DNA from: Acidobacteriota bacterium
Lineage (GTDB): Bacteria; Acidobacteriota; Thermoanaerobaculia; Gp7-AA8
Assembly (NCBI GenBank): GCA_019244185.1
Contig: JAFATB010000014.1
Coordinates: 384,001-448,000, forward strand
Direction of reading: 5' to 3'
Length of the DNA stretch: 64,000 nt
How positions within the stretch are numbered: the first letter of the stretch is position 1; the number at the start of each line of letters is the position of its first letter. Shown in pieces: positions 8,993-18,133 of the stretch. The translations under genes were made by a program, and so were the position numbers. Under the pieces are notes generated by a model that was given only the letters and a program-made list of their open reading frames with translations, ran no database searches and was not told where the DNA came from.

Positions 8993-10191
8993 CAGTCCTC
9001 CTTGATCGCGGAGATCGGATCGAGCCGCGAGGCGATGCGCGCCGGGTACCACGTGGCGATGACGGAGAGAAGAATCGCGACGATGTTCACGCCCACGATG
9101 TCTTCGACGTCGAGCTGGAAGGGAAGGTAACTGAGAAAGTAGATGTCGGGCGGCAGTGGCACGAGGTGAAAGCGGTTCGCGGCCCACGCCGCGCCGAGGC
9201 CGAAGAGGTTGCCGAGAAGCGTGCCGGTGAGGCCGATGAGCAGGCCGACCTGCATGAAGAGCGAGAGGATGTTGCGCTCCGTCGCGCCGAGGGTACGCAG
9301 CACGCCGACGGAGGGACGCTTCTCGAGGATGAGCATCGACAGCGACGAGACGAGATTCAGCGCGGCCACGAAGATGATCAGCGAGATGGTCGCGAACATC
9401 ACGATCTTCTCGAGCCGCAGCGCGAGGAAGAGCGGGCGGTTGATCTCTTTCCACGTCTTGAACTGCGCGCCGGTGAAGCGCGCCTGCAGCGCCGCCTGCG
9501 CCGGCTCCGCGCGATCCGCCTGTCCGTACATCTCGATCGCGGTCGGCTCGCCGTTCGTGCCGAAGAGGTGGGCGGCTTCGTTCGGATCGAGCCAAGCGTC
9601 GGTCGACGCTTCGTCGCTTTCGGGGAGCACGAGACGCGTGATGCGGTACTTCTTCATCACAGGCACGGGGCCGAACGGCGTGAGGCGCGTGCGCGGCGCG
9701 ACGACGGTGAGCGCGTCGCCGAGGTCGAGGCCGAGGGACGCGGCGTAGCCGCGCGCGAGAAAGACCTGCGGCTCGTTCGGGTTCCAGGCGCGTTTGCGCG
9801 CCGACGCCGTGTCCGGTGCGGGCTCGTGTCCGCGCGCGTACGAGCGCACGCGCATCGGGCGCCCCTGGCGCAGCCGCTCGTTGCCGCCCCAGGCGATGCC
9901 GCTGACGAACGGCCGCACGTCGGTGAGGCCGAGCTGGCGCGCGGCGGCGACGATCGCGTTCGCGTCGGCGATCGTGTTGCGTCCCGCGGGCTCGACGAGC
10001 AGCTGCGGACTCGACTCGATCAGCCGCGCCTTGATCTGTCCCTGCATGCCGGAAAGCAGCGCGATCGACAGCAGCAGCGTGAACACGCCGACCGCGAGGC
10101 CGAGCATGCTGATCGACGAGAGAAACGCCGTATGCGCCTGCTTGCGCGCGGCCCAGAGGTAACGGCGGGCGATGCGGGTCTCGATCGGCAT
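8992..10191 (-). CDS. LolC/LolE-family lipoprotein-releasing ABC transporter permease
   Basis: IARRYL, S.ISMLG..VGV, TPFG..P, W...NRPLF.AL.LEK, AALN..SSL.M...EK, YPAR.A..LDP; start MPIET at 10191. Confidence 0.9.
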   Translation of the reverse strand: MPIETRIARRYLWAARKQAHTAFLSSISMLGLAVGVFTLLLSIALLSGMQGQIKARLIESSPQLLVEPAGRNTIADANAIVAAARQLGLTDVRPFVSGIAWGGNERLRQGRPMRVRSYARGHEPAPDTASARKRAWNPNEPQVFLARGYAASLGLDLGDALTVVAPRTRLTPFGPVPVMKKYRITRLVLPESDEASTDAWLDPNEAAHLFGTNGEPTAIEMYGQADRAEPAQAALQARFTGAQFKTWKEINRPLFLALRLEKIVMFATISLIIFVAALNLVSSLSMLILEKRPSVGVLRTLGATERNILSLFMQVGLLIGLTGTLLGNLFGLGAAWAANRFHLVPLPPDIYFLSYLPFQLDVEDIVGVNIVAILLSVIATWYPARIASRLDPISAIKED

Positions 10192-10202
10192 CGGCGCGCC
10201 GA

Positions 10203-11354
10203 CTATAGCGCGCGAAGCGCGTCGACCGCTTCTTCGAGCACTTCCATCGAAGTCGAGAACGACATCCGCAGATGCCCTTCTCCCTCGGGGCCGAAGACGA
10301 CGCCCGGCACCGACGCGATCGACGTCCGCTCGAGCAGCGTCTCCATCGCCCGCCACGAGTCGTTGCCGAGGCACGCGCGGACGTCGGGGAACGTGTAGAA
10401 CGCGCCGGGAGGCGTGAGGCAGTCGAAGCCGGCGTTGCGGAAGCCGCCGACGAGCAGATCGCGGCGGCGGCGGTACTCCTCGCGCAAACCGTCGAACGCG
10501 TGTGGATCGTCCGTGACCGCCGCGAGCGCGGCGAACTGCGTCGGCGTCGAGACGCCGTTCACGCTGTTGAGCACGAGCTTGCGCAGGAACTCCATGAACA
10601 GCGGCGGCGCGGCGACGTAGCCGATGCGCCAGCCGGTCATCGAGAAGCTCTTCGAAAACGTGAACACCGTCAACGTCCGCTCGAACATCCCCGGGAGCGA
10701 CGCCATCGAGACGTGCTCGCCGTCGTAGACGAGGTCTTCGTACGCTTCGTCGGCGATGACGGTGAGGTCGTGCGCCTTCGCAAACGCGGCGATCGATTCG
10801 AGCTGCGTGCGCGTGAGGAGGTCGCCGGTCGGATTCGCGGGCGAGTTTACGTAGATCACGCGCAGGCGGTCGGTGCGGTGCGACTCGAGGACGTCGCGGA
10901 TGTCGTCGCGGCCGCGGACGTCGTCCCACGGCACGCGCACGGCGACGCCGCCCGCGAAGCGCACCTGGTCGCGGATCGGCGTCCAGTACGGGGAGAAGAA
11001 CATCACCTCGTCGCCCGGATCGACGCTCGCCTGGAACGCGCAGAAGAGCCCGTGCGCGCCGCCGGAGGTGACGATGAGATCGCCGGTTGCGAGCTCGATG
11101 TGGTTCTTCGCGGCGAGCTTCGCGCGCAGCGCCTCGAGGAGTTGCGGGATGCCGGACGACGGCGCGTAGCGCGTCTGGTTCGCGGCGAGCGCATCGCGCA
11201 TCGCGTCCTTTACCACGTCGGCCGTCGGCATGAACGGCTCGCCGCCTTCGAGCTGCAGGACTTTGCGTCCCTGCGCGCGCAGGTCGAGCACGCGGTTGCG
11301 GATGCGAACGATGTCGGAGAACCCGAGAAGCGAGGCGCGGTCGGCGAGCTTCAA
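10203..11354 (-). CDS. Pyridoxal-phosphate-dependent aminotransferase class I/II
   Basis: GEP, YAPSSG, NSPANPTG, DEAY, SKSFSMTGWRIG, GAFY, RMSF; TTG start inferred. Confidence 0.92.
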   Translation of the reverse strand: MKLADRASLLGFSDIVRIRNRVLDLRAQGRKVLQLEGGEPFMPTADVVKDAMRDALAANQTRYAPSSGIPQLLEALRAKLAAKNHIELATGDLIVTSGGAHGLFCAFQASVDPGDEVMFFSPYWTPIRDQVRFAGGVAVRVPWDDVRGRDDIRDVLESHRTDRLRVIYVNSPANPTGDLLTRTQLESIAAFAKAHDLTVIADEAYEDLVYDGEHVSMASLPGMFERTLTVFTFSKSFSMTGWRIGYVAAPPLFMEFLRKLVLNSVNGVSTPTQFAALAAVTDDPHAFDGLREEYRRRRDLLVGGFRNAGFDCLTPPGAFYTFPDVRACLGNDSWRAMETLLERTSIASVPGVVFGPEGEGHLRMSFSTSMEVLEEAVDALRAL

Positions 11355-11427
11355 AACGCGCGGATTGTATGTGAGGTCATGCGGAACGCGCGGCGTGCAG
11401 CGCACGCCGCGCGTTCCAGATGCGCGC

Positions 11428-12387
11428 TCATTGCGGCGGATTCGTGGTCGTGTTGGGCGGCTGCTGACTGGCCGGTGGTTGCTCCGGCGCGGTGTTCGCC
11501 GGCTTCGGAAGCAGCGGCGGCTTCGTCGCCGCGCGGCGGCGGAGCTCTTCCTGGCGCGCGGCGCGCGCGGCACGCACCGCGGCGGGATCCCTCGGCTGCG
11601 CCGTTTGCGTGGCGGGCTGCGGCGGCTGCGCGGTGTTGCTCGACGGCGGCACCGGGATCACGACCGCCTGTCCCGGCGGATGCGACTGCATCGACGGATC
11701 GGTGACCGGCGCGCCCGGCGTGACGACGTTGCGCGGCGCCGCCTGCGGCGAAGGCGCCTCGGGTGCCGTCCGCTCGCGCACCGCGACCGGCGCGCCCTGG
11801 AACTGCATACTCGCGCGCGAATGCGCCTGCGGATACGCCTGCAGCAGCGCGGCGTCCGTCAGATGCGAGTCGAGGATGCGCGGGTTGACGTCGACGTCGA
11901 GCAGCGCCGGATTGATCGAGAACGCCTTCGCGTAAAAGTGCATGGCGCGGTCGATGTTCTGGCGCTGCTCTTCGATGAGGCCGAGCTGGAAGAGCGCGGC
12001 GGCGTGGCCGGGCTTGAGGTCGACCGTGCGGTAGAACGCGCGGCGCGCGCCGATGCGGTCGCCGTTCGCGGCGCGCACGAGGCCGAGGTTGTACCAGCCG
12101 GCGTAGTAGTGGCGGTCGGCGTCGACGGAGCGCTCGAACTCGCGTTCGGCGTCGCGCGGGAAGCCCTTCTGCACCAGGAGCGAACCGAGCTGGTTGTGCA
12201 GCGGCGCGGACTCCGGCGTTTGCCGCAGCGCGTCGAGCGTGCGCTGGATCTGCGCGTCGAGTGCGCTGCCGGTGTTGAGGTACTTCGCGTAGAACGGATT
12301 CTCGTACGGGTTCTTCGCCTGCCGCGCGAACGCGGACGAGGCGGCGACGAGCGCGGCGAGAGTGACGATGGGGAGCAAACGTTTCAT
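11428..12387 (-). CDS. Secreted TPR-repeat protein with Pro/Gln/Ala-rich tail
   Basis: Signal peptide MKRLLPIV...SAFA; TPR helices (LHNQLG, WYNLG, LFQLG); low-complexity C-terminus. Confidence 0.8.
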   Translation of the reverse strand: MKRLLPIVTLAALVAASSAFARQAKNPYENPFYAKYLNTGSALDAQIQRTLDALRQTPESAPLHNQLGSLLVQKGFPRDAEREFERSVDADRHYYAGWYNLGLVRAANGDRIGARRAFYRTVDLKPGHAAALFQLGLIEEQRQNIDRAMHFYAKAFSINPALLDVDVNPRILDSHLTDAALLQAYPQAHSRASMQFQGAPVAVRERTAPEAPSPQAAPRNVVTPGAPVTDPSMQSHPPGQAVVIPVPPSSNTAQPPQPATQTAQPRDPAAVRAARAARQEELRRRAATKPPLLPKPANTAPEQPPASQQPPNTTTNPPQ

Positions 12388-12395
12388 GGTCGGGC

Positions 12396-12995
12396 TCAAT
12401 CCTGCAGTGGTTTCGCTTTCAGTTTCACCTTCCCGTCGACGGTCTCGACGCGGAAGGCGACGGTGTGGACATGGTACTTGTCGCGCACGATCTCGGTCTG
12501 CTTCTGCACCATCACGGCGAGCTGTTCGAGCGTGAGGTTCGGCAGCTTGCCGAGCTTGGCGTGCTCGCGCTCGATCGCGTCGAAGAGCTGGCGGATCTGT
12601 TCGCCGTTCGCACCCGGCGTCATCCTTACATACGGATCGGCCGCGCCCGACGTTACGCGCGGCGGCGGCGGCGCGTGCCTCTCGCGCTCCGGCTCCGGCG
12701 CGCTGAGCGCGGCCTGGCGGCGGCGGTAGTCGAGCGGACCTTCCTCGCGCTCGCGCATCTTCCGCGCCCACATCTCGCGGAACTGGTTGTAGCGCGACAG
12801 GACGGTGTTGAAGCGGAAGCGGCGCGTGTTGTCGCGCATCTTCTGCTTGCTCAGCTCGTGGATGTAGGACTCCAGCTGATGCCGCTCGAAGCTGGGCGGA
12901 ATCTTGATGATGCCGGTGAAGAACTGGTCGTACTTGTTCTTCAGCTTCCGGATGTCTTCCTCGAGCTTGTCGAGCTCCTCGTCCTGTTTGATCAC
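12396..12995 (-). CDS. Protein resembling the MXAN_5187 C-terminal domain family
   Basis: LK..YDQFF.G....P...R, RFRFN....Y....E.W.R..RE.EEG and terminal F.V...DGKVKLKAKP; family recognised from memory. Confidence 0.65.
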   Translation of the reverse strand: MIKQDEELDKLEEDIRKLKNKYDQFFTGIIKIPPSFERHQLESYIHELSKQKMRDNTRRFRFNTVLSRYNQFREMWARKMREREEGPLDYRRRQAALSAPEPERERHAPPPPRVTSGAADPYVRMTPGANGEQIRQLFDAIEREHAKLGKLPNLTLEQLAVMVQKQTEIVRDKYHVHTVAFRVETVDGKVKLKAKPLQD

Positions 12996-13023
12996 GGTAG
13001 GCTCGGACTAAACTAACGCAACA

Positions 13024-14391
13024 ATGGCTAAAGCGCCTGCCGGGGCCGCTCATTCCGACGCCGCCGCGAGCCTGCGGGCCATCCCTTCCGTCGAGCGAAT
13101 CCTTTCCGCTGCACGCTTTGCGCCGCTGATCGCGGAGTGGGGACGCGAGCCGGTGAAAGCCGCCGTCGTCGCGCATCTCGACGCGTTGCGCGCGGATGCC
13201 GTCGCGTGGAACGAGGACGACGCGCTGCACGCGATCGGCGCGACGCTCGCCGCCTCGCTCGCGTCGACCCTGCGTCCGGCGATCAACGCTTCCGGCATCA
13301 TCATCCACACGAACCTCGGCCGCGCGCCGATCGACGACGGCATCTGGGCCGACGCCGCTGCCATCGTCACCGGCTACTCGAACCTCGAGTTCGATCTCGA
13401 GGCAGGAGAGCGCGGCGCGCGCGACGAACATCTCTCCGCGCTCTGCCGCACGCTCTTCGGCTGCGAGGCCGCAGTGCTGACGAACAACAACGCAGCGGGG
13501 ACGATGCTCCTCCTCGCGGCGACGGCCGCGGGACGCGAGGTCATCGTCTCGCGCGGAGAGCTCGTCGAGATCGGCGGCGCGTTCCGCGTCCCGGACGTCA
13601 TCCAGCAGGGCGGCGCGAAACTGCGCGAAGTCGGCACGACGAACCGCACGCGCGCCCGCGACTACGCCGACGCGATCGGTAAGAAAACCGCCGCGATCCT
13701 GCGCGTGCATCGTTCGAACTTCGACATCGTCGGCTTCACCGAAACGCCGGAGGTCGCGGAGCTCGTCGAGGTCGCGCGCGCGAAGCGCGTGCCGTTGCTC
13801 TACGACGAAGGCTCGGGACGCGCGGTCGATCTCGCGCGCTACGGTTTCGCGCCGCGCGCGACGTTGCGCGAGCTCCTCACGCAAGGCGTCGACGCGATCA
13901 CCTGCTCGACCGACAAGCTCCTCGGCGCGACGCAAGGCGGTCTCATTCTCGGTTCGGAAGCGATCGTCGCGCGCTGCCGCAAACATCCGCTGATGCGCGC
14001 GGTGCGCGCGGGGAAGGAGACGTACGCCGTCGTCGCCGCGACGCTGCGCGCGTTCGCGAGCGGCAAGCACGAGGAGCGCATCGCGATCTATCGCATGCTG
14101 GCGACGCCGATCGAGGAACTGCGCGCGCGTGCCGAGCGTCTCGTTCGCGGTACGCGCGTGCGCGTCGTCGAGACGCGTTGCGCCCTCGGCGGCGGGACCA
14201 CGCCGACGGAGACGATCGCGTCGATCGGCATCGAGGTTCCCGGCGACGCGAACGCGCTGCAGACGCGCTTCCTGCGCAACGATCCGCCGATCGTCGGCCG
14301 CATCCACGACGGCCGTTTCACGCTCGATGTGCGCACGCTGCTGGAGCGCGATCTCGGCGCCGTAGCGCGCGCTCTCAGCGCGGAACCGTGA
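13024..14391 (+). CDS. selA: L-seryl-tRNA(Sec) selenium transferase
   Basis: INASG.IIHTNLGRAP, YSNLEFDL..G.RG.R, NNNAA, SRGELVEIGG.FR.PD, EVGTTNRT, VH.SNF, S.DKLLG. Confidence 0.96.
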   Translation: MAKAPAGAAHSDAAASLRAIPSVERILSAARFAPLIAEWGREPVKAAVVAHLDALRADAVAWNEDDALHAIGATLAASLASTLRPAINASGIIIHTNLGRAPIDDGIWADAAAIVTGYSNLEFDLEAGERGARDEHLSALCRTLFGCEAAVLTNNNAAGTMLLLAATAAGREVIVSRGELVEIGGAFRVPDVIQQGGAKLREVGTTNRTRARDYADAIGKKTAAILRVHRSNFDIVGFTETPEVAELVEVARAKRVPLLYDEGSGRAVDLARYGFAPRATLRELLTQGVDAITCSTDKLLGATQGGLILGSEAIVARCRKHPLMRAVRAGKETYAVVAATLRAFASGKHEERIAIYRMLATPIEELRARAERLVRGTRVRVVETRCALGGGTTPTETIASIGIEVPGDANALQTRFLRNDPPIVGRIHDGRFTLDVRTLLERDLGAVARALSAEP

Positions 14392-15082
14392 GCATCGACT
14401 CGATCTGCGCGCGCGACTCGTTCGCGAGCCGCTCCTTGTCGCGCAGCGAGAGTCCGGCGGTCGCGATCGGCGTGCCGATGCGCACGGTCACGACGCCCGG
14501 TTTCACCTGCAGCGTCCGCGCGGAGAGCACGTCGTACGTGCCGTCGATCGCGATCGGCACGATCGGCTGCTCGGACTTCAGCGCGAGCAGGAACGCGCCG
14601 CGCTGAAAGGGACGCATCTCGCGGTCGCGCGAGCGTCCTTCCTCGGGGAAGATCACGATCGTGTTGCCCTTGCGAATGCGGTCCGCGGCGAGGTCGAACG
14701 ACTTCACCGCGGTGCGGCGGTTCTTGCGGTCGATCGGGATGAAGCCGGCGCGGCCGATGGCCCAGCCGAAGATCGGGATCTTGAACAGACTGCTCTTGGC
14801 CATGAAACGGATCGGCTGCGGCACCGCCGCGAAGACGCACGGGATGTCGAGGTAGCTGTGATGGTTCGCGACGAGGATGTAGCGCTGCTTCGGGTCGAGC
14901 GTTTCCATCCGCTCGGTGCGCAGCTCGATGCCGGCGGCGCGGACGATCGCGCGCGCCCAGAAGCGGATCACCGGCTCGATGAGCGGCGACGTCGAACGGA
15001 CGAGCGCGATGGCGATCGTGAGGGACGCGCAGGGAATCGTGACGATGATCGCGACGATCGCGACCCAGGCGGTGCGCAACAT
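14375..15082 (-). CDS. plsC: 1-acyl-sn-glycerol-3-phosphate acyltransferase
   Basis: NHHSYLD, F.AK.SLF.IP, IDR, FPEEGRS, GAF.LA, PIVP. Confidence 0.9.
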   Translation of the reverse strand: MLRTAWVAIVAIIVTIPCASLTIAIALVRSTSPLIEPVIRFWARAIVRAAGIELRTERMETLDPKQRYILVANHHSYLDIPCVFAAVPQPIRFMAKSSLFKIPIFGWAIGRAGFIPIDRKNRRTAVKSFDLAADRIRKGNTIVIFPEEGRSRDREMRPFQRGAFLLALKSEQPIVPIAIDGTYDVLSARTLQVKPGVVTVRIGTPIATAGLSLRDKERLANESRAQIESMLTVPR

Positions 15083-15144
15083 CCGCGCATGATAGAGGAT
15101 GCTTCGCGCAACTCCGCGCGGCCGCATTCAGCGGCGGCGCCCCG

Positions 15145-16002
15145 TCATTCGCGGCGCAGATAGAGGTCGTCGAACCACGCGTCGAACGGCGGCGCGGCGG
15201 CGAGACTGGCGATCACGAACAGCAGGCTGCGCGTCGACGCGCCGGTGCGGAAGCGGAAGTCGTAGCGCTGCCACGTGAGCGGCGCGTTCGCGCGGAAGCG
15301 GTTCTCGTTGTCGCGCGTGAAGTCGCCGCCGCAAGCCGGCTGGTCGTATTCGAGCACGGCGATGGCCTCCTGCCCGCCTTCGCGCGAGGCCGCGCGCACC
15401 ACGCCGCCGTACGCGTAGATCACGCCCGATTCGGCGTCGACGCACTGCAGCCGCTGAAAGCCGCGCGTCGTGCCGGTGCTGCGCATGAGGATCGAGCCAG
15501 ACGCCGCGCTGCCGTTCGCGTCTTCGGTGCTCCACAGCGCCTCACCCGGTCCGTTCGGATAACGATCCTGCCAGCCCCACGGCTCGAGGCCGTGGTCGAA
15601 GTGGCCGTTGACGAGGAGGCTCGTCTCGACCGGCGGCGAGACGACGACGTTCGCGTCCTGCGCCACGAGATACGGCTGCCCGGCGATGCGCAGCGTCGCG
15701 GAACGCGGCAACTGCGTCGGATTCGGCGCGATGTTGACGAAGAGCTGCGACCCCGACGGCTGCAGCACGATCCAGTCGACCGGCGAGAACGCCAGCCACG
15801 ACGTGCACGTCGCGCTCGCCCCTTCGACCGTGACGACCCGCACCTCTCCGCTCGAAGGCACCGCATCCGCGGACGCCATGAGCGTGAACGAGCAATCCGA
15901 CGGCACGCGGACCGCGCGTTGTTTCGCGGCATGCAGCGGGAGCGCAACGACGAGAACAAGGGGAGCGACGAGCAGCGATACGCGCGGGAACCGGAGAGCC
16001 AT
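15145..16002 (-). CDS. Secreted protein: BACON-like Ig domain plus carbohydrate-binding-like jelly-roll domain
   Basis: Signal peptide; C.W.A.S..DWI...N....PRSA.L.IAG....V.Q (BACON-like); LL.NG.FD....W...WFDDL (CBM4/9-like). Confidence 0.65.
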   Translation of the reverse strand: MALRFPRVSLLVAPLVLVVALPLHAAKQRAVRVPSDCSFTLMASADAVPSSGEVRVVTVEGASATCTSWLAFSPVDWIVLQPSGSQLFVNIAPNPTQLPRSATLRIAGQPYLVAQDANVVVSPPVETSLLVNGHFDHGLEPWGWQDRYPNGPGEALWSTEDANGSAASGSILMRSTGTTRGFQRLQCVDAESGVIYAYGGVVRAASREGGQEAIAVLEYDQPACGGDFTRDNENRFRANAPLTWQRYDFRFRTGASTRSLLFVIASLAAAPPFDAWFDDLYLRRE

Positions 16003-16038
16003 GACCGCGGCGAGAGTACCAGAGTTGCGGCGCGAGCC

Positions 16039-17142
16039 TCACTGCGCGAACGGCGATTCGTTCGTCGGTTCTCCTTTGAGTTGCTTGTAGAGGTTCGCGA
16101 CGGCCGGCTCCTCGAAGTACTCCGCGAAGTGGCGCTTCCGCGACGCGATGCCTTGCGTGAGCGCGTCGGCGTAGGTCCGGATGTCCATGCGCTTGCGCGT
16201 CTCTTCGAGCGTGAGGCCGGCGTTCACCGCCGCCTGCACCTGGGCGACGACGCTTTCGAGCAGGCGCGTCAACGCGTGCAGATGCTCCTCGTCGTGTTCG
16301 ACGGCGCCGTGTCCGGGGACGATCGACGTCGCGTCCATCGCATCGAGTTTCTTCAGCGCCGCGATCCATTCCGGCAGATACGAGCCGGTGGCGAACGGAA
16401 TCGGCGCGACGAGCAGATCGCCGGTGACGAGCACTTTCGCGTCGGGGACGTAGACGATCGCGTCGCCGGCGGTGTTCGCGCGGCCGAGGAAGCGGACCTG
16501 GATTTCGCGGCGCCCGAGGTGGATGGTGAGCGCGTCGGTGAACGTCACGTTGGGCAGCTCCATGCGCGCGGTGAGGAACTGCGGCATCGCCTTCTCGACG
16601 TCGGAGACGAGCGCGCGCTGCGCGTCGAGCTGCTCCGACGTCATCGGCGTGCCGTCGGTGTTCTTGCGGCTGTCGAGCTGTGCGCGCAGTTTCTCCGCCA
16701 TGGCCATGCCGCGCTGCTGATAGCCGGTGAGGATCTTCGCGTCGAAGTCCGCCATCGCCTCGCGCGTGAACGGCGTCGAGAGGATGGTCACGCCGGGGAA
16801 CGCGTCGCGATAGACGAAGTTGCCCATGTTGTGATCGTTGTGCCAGTGCGTGTTGACGATGTAGCGCACGGGCTTGCCCGTCTTCGCGCGGATCTCGTCG
16901 ATCATCCGTTTCGCGAGCGACGGGATCATCCCGGTGTCGACGACGAGCACGCCGTCGTCGCCGGCGATGGCCACCGAGTTGCCGCTCGCGAGCGCCGACT
17001 TCGGCTCCGGCGCGATGAACGCCCAGATGCCGTCGGCGACCTTCGTCGTGGTGTAGTCGGAGGTCACGTCGCCGCTTTGCGCAACGCTGTTTTGCGCGAG
17101 GAGCGCCGGCGCGAGCAGCAGAGCGAGGAGCAGTGTCTTCAT
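16039..17142 (-). CDS. Secreted metallo-beta-lactamase-fold hydrolase
   Basis: Signal peptide; VVDTG, NTHWHNDH.GN, NT.GD, GDLL, VPGHG. Confidence 0.88.
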   Translation of the reverse strand: MKTLLLALLLAPALLAQNSVAQSGDVTSDYTTTKVADGIWAFIAPEPKSALASGNSVAIAGDDGVLVVDTGMIPSLAKRMIDEIRAKTGKPVRYIVNTHWHNDHNMGNFVYRDAFPGVTILSTPFTREAMADFDAKILTGYQQRGMAMAEKLRAQLDSRKNTDGTPMTSEQLDAQRALVSDVEKAMPQFLTARMELPNVTFTDALTIHLGRREIQVRFLGRANTAGDAIVYVPDAKVLVTGDLLVAPIPFATGSYLPEWIAALKKLDAMDATSIVPGHGAVEHDEEHLHALTRLLESVVAQVQAAVNAGLTLEETRKRMDIRTYADALTQGIASRKRHFAEYFEEPAVANLYKQLKGEPTNESPFAQ

Positions 17143-17173
17143 GCGCGCAGTGTCGGCGAAGCGTCGCATCGTC

Positions 17174-17190
17174 CGCTTTCAGATTCTTGC
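17174..17190 (-). promoter_or_regulatory. Putative AraC-binding box, copy 1 (GCAAGAATCTGAAAGCG)
   Basis: Matches the copies at 18086 and 20268; 31 nt upstream of the MBL-hydrolase ATG; contains the stop codon of the AraC gene. Confidence 0.7.
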
Positions 17191-18039
17191 GGCGGCGCGG
17201 TGAGCGGCTGACGTCAGCTCGGCGATGAACCGCGTCGGACTCGCGTCGAAGAGCGCGCGGAAGCAGCTCGTGAAATGGCTGTGGCTCGAATAGCCGAGCT
17301 CCAATGCGAGGTCTGTCACCTGTCCCTCATAAGCGGGGAGCAGGTCGAGCGAGGAGACGAGGCGCAGCCGCTGGCGGAAGTCGCTCATCGTCAGTCCGGT
17401 CGCGGCGTGAAACACGCGGCTGAGGTACGCGGGCGACGCGCCGGTGTGCCGCGCGAGCGCGCGCAGCGTCACGGGCGCGGAGAAGTTGACGAGGAGGCAG
17501 CGGATCGCGCGATGGACGAGCTGCTCGTTCGGACGCGGCGCGGGCGGCGGCACGGCCGCGGCGCGCGCGACGAGCTCGCGCGTCAGGCTCACGAGCTCCT
17601 CTTCGACGGCCAGCGCCTCGGTGGGCGTTCCGCGGAGCAGGCGGCCGAGGAGGCGGCGCTGGCGGTAGATCGTCGCGGGAGGGACGACGGTCTGCTGCGC
17701 GCGAAAGCAGCGCTCGCGGACGTGCGCGTCGCGCAGGATCTCGTCGAGCAGCTCGTCCGCCAGCGTGTACCACGTCGCGTACGTGCCGCGCGAGGAGATG
17801 ACCTCGCGGCGGTACTCCTCGCCGCGGTTGAAGAACGACACCGCGGTCGGGTTCTCGAGCATGGCCGGACGGCCGCGCCGCAGGATGCGCGTCGACGTCG
17901 ACGGAAAGACCACGCAGTGCGCGTTGGACGGACCGGAGTCGGCGTACAGCGGCTCGTCGGGCGTGCAGGCGAACTCCGCGACGAGCGCGAGCTCGCTGCG
18001 GAAGAGCGGCCGTTCCATTGGTTTGAGGGGCACGTCCAT
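17179..18039 (-). CDS. AraC family transcriptional regulator
   Basis: C-terminal double HTH (LA...GAS..YL.R.F...TG; LALELGYSSHSHFT..FR); paralog of 19422-20267; alternative start 18018. Confidence 0.92.
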   Translation of the reverse strand: MDVPLKPMERPLFRSELALVAEFACTPDEPLYADSGPSNAHCVVFPSTSTRILRRGRPAMLENPTAVSFFNRGEEYRREVISSRGTYATWYTLADELLDEILRDAHVRERCFRAQQTVVPPATIYRQRRLLGRLLRGTPTEALAVEEELVSLTRELVARAAAVPPPAPRPNEQLVHRAIRCLLVNFSAPVTLRALARHTGASPAYLSRVFHAATGLTMSDFRQRLRLVSSLDLLPAYEGQVTDLALELGYSSHSHFTSCFRALFDASPTRFIAELTSAAHRAAARI

Positions 18040-18085
18040 CGACTCGATTGAACGACGGAACGCCCTGAAAGTTTATGGACGATGC

Positions 18086-18102
18086 GCAACGATTTGATAG
18101 CG
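18086..18102 (+). promoter_or_regulatory. Putative AraC-binding box, copy 2 (GCAACGATTTGATAGCG)
   Basis: Same consensus; 31 nt upstream of ATG 18134. Confidence 0.7.
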
Positions 18103-18133
18103 GCACGTTGCGGCTGCCGGCACGCTGGTCGGC

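Noticed and set aside
11428-14307. 959-aa minus-strand ORF
   Set aside because: Only 11428-12387 is a real gene; the rest is a stop-free shadow over the MXAN_5187-like gene and antisense to selA, expected at high GC
13024-14391. Selenoprotein or tRNA-Sec near selA
   Set aside because: No tRNA cloverleaf, and no UGA followed by continued homology, found by eye
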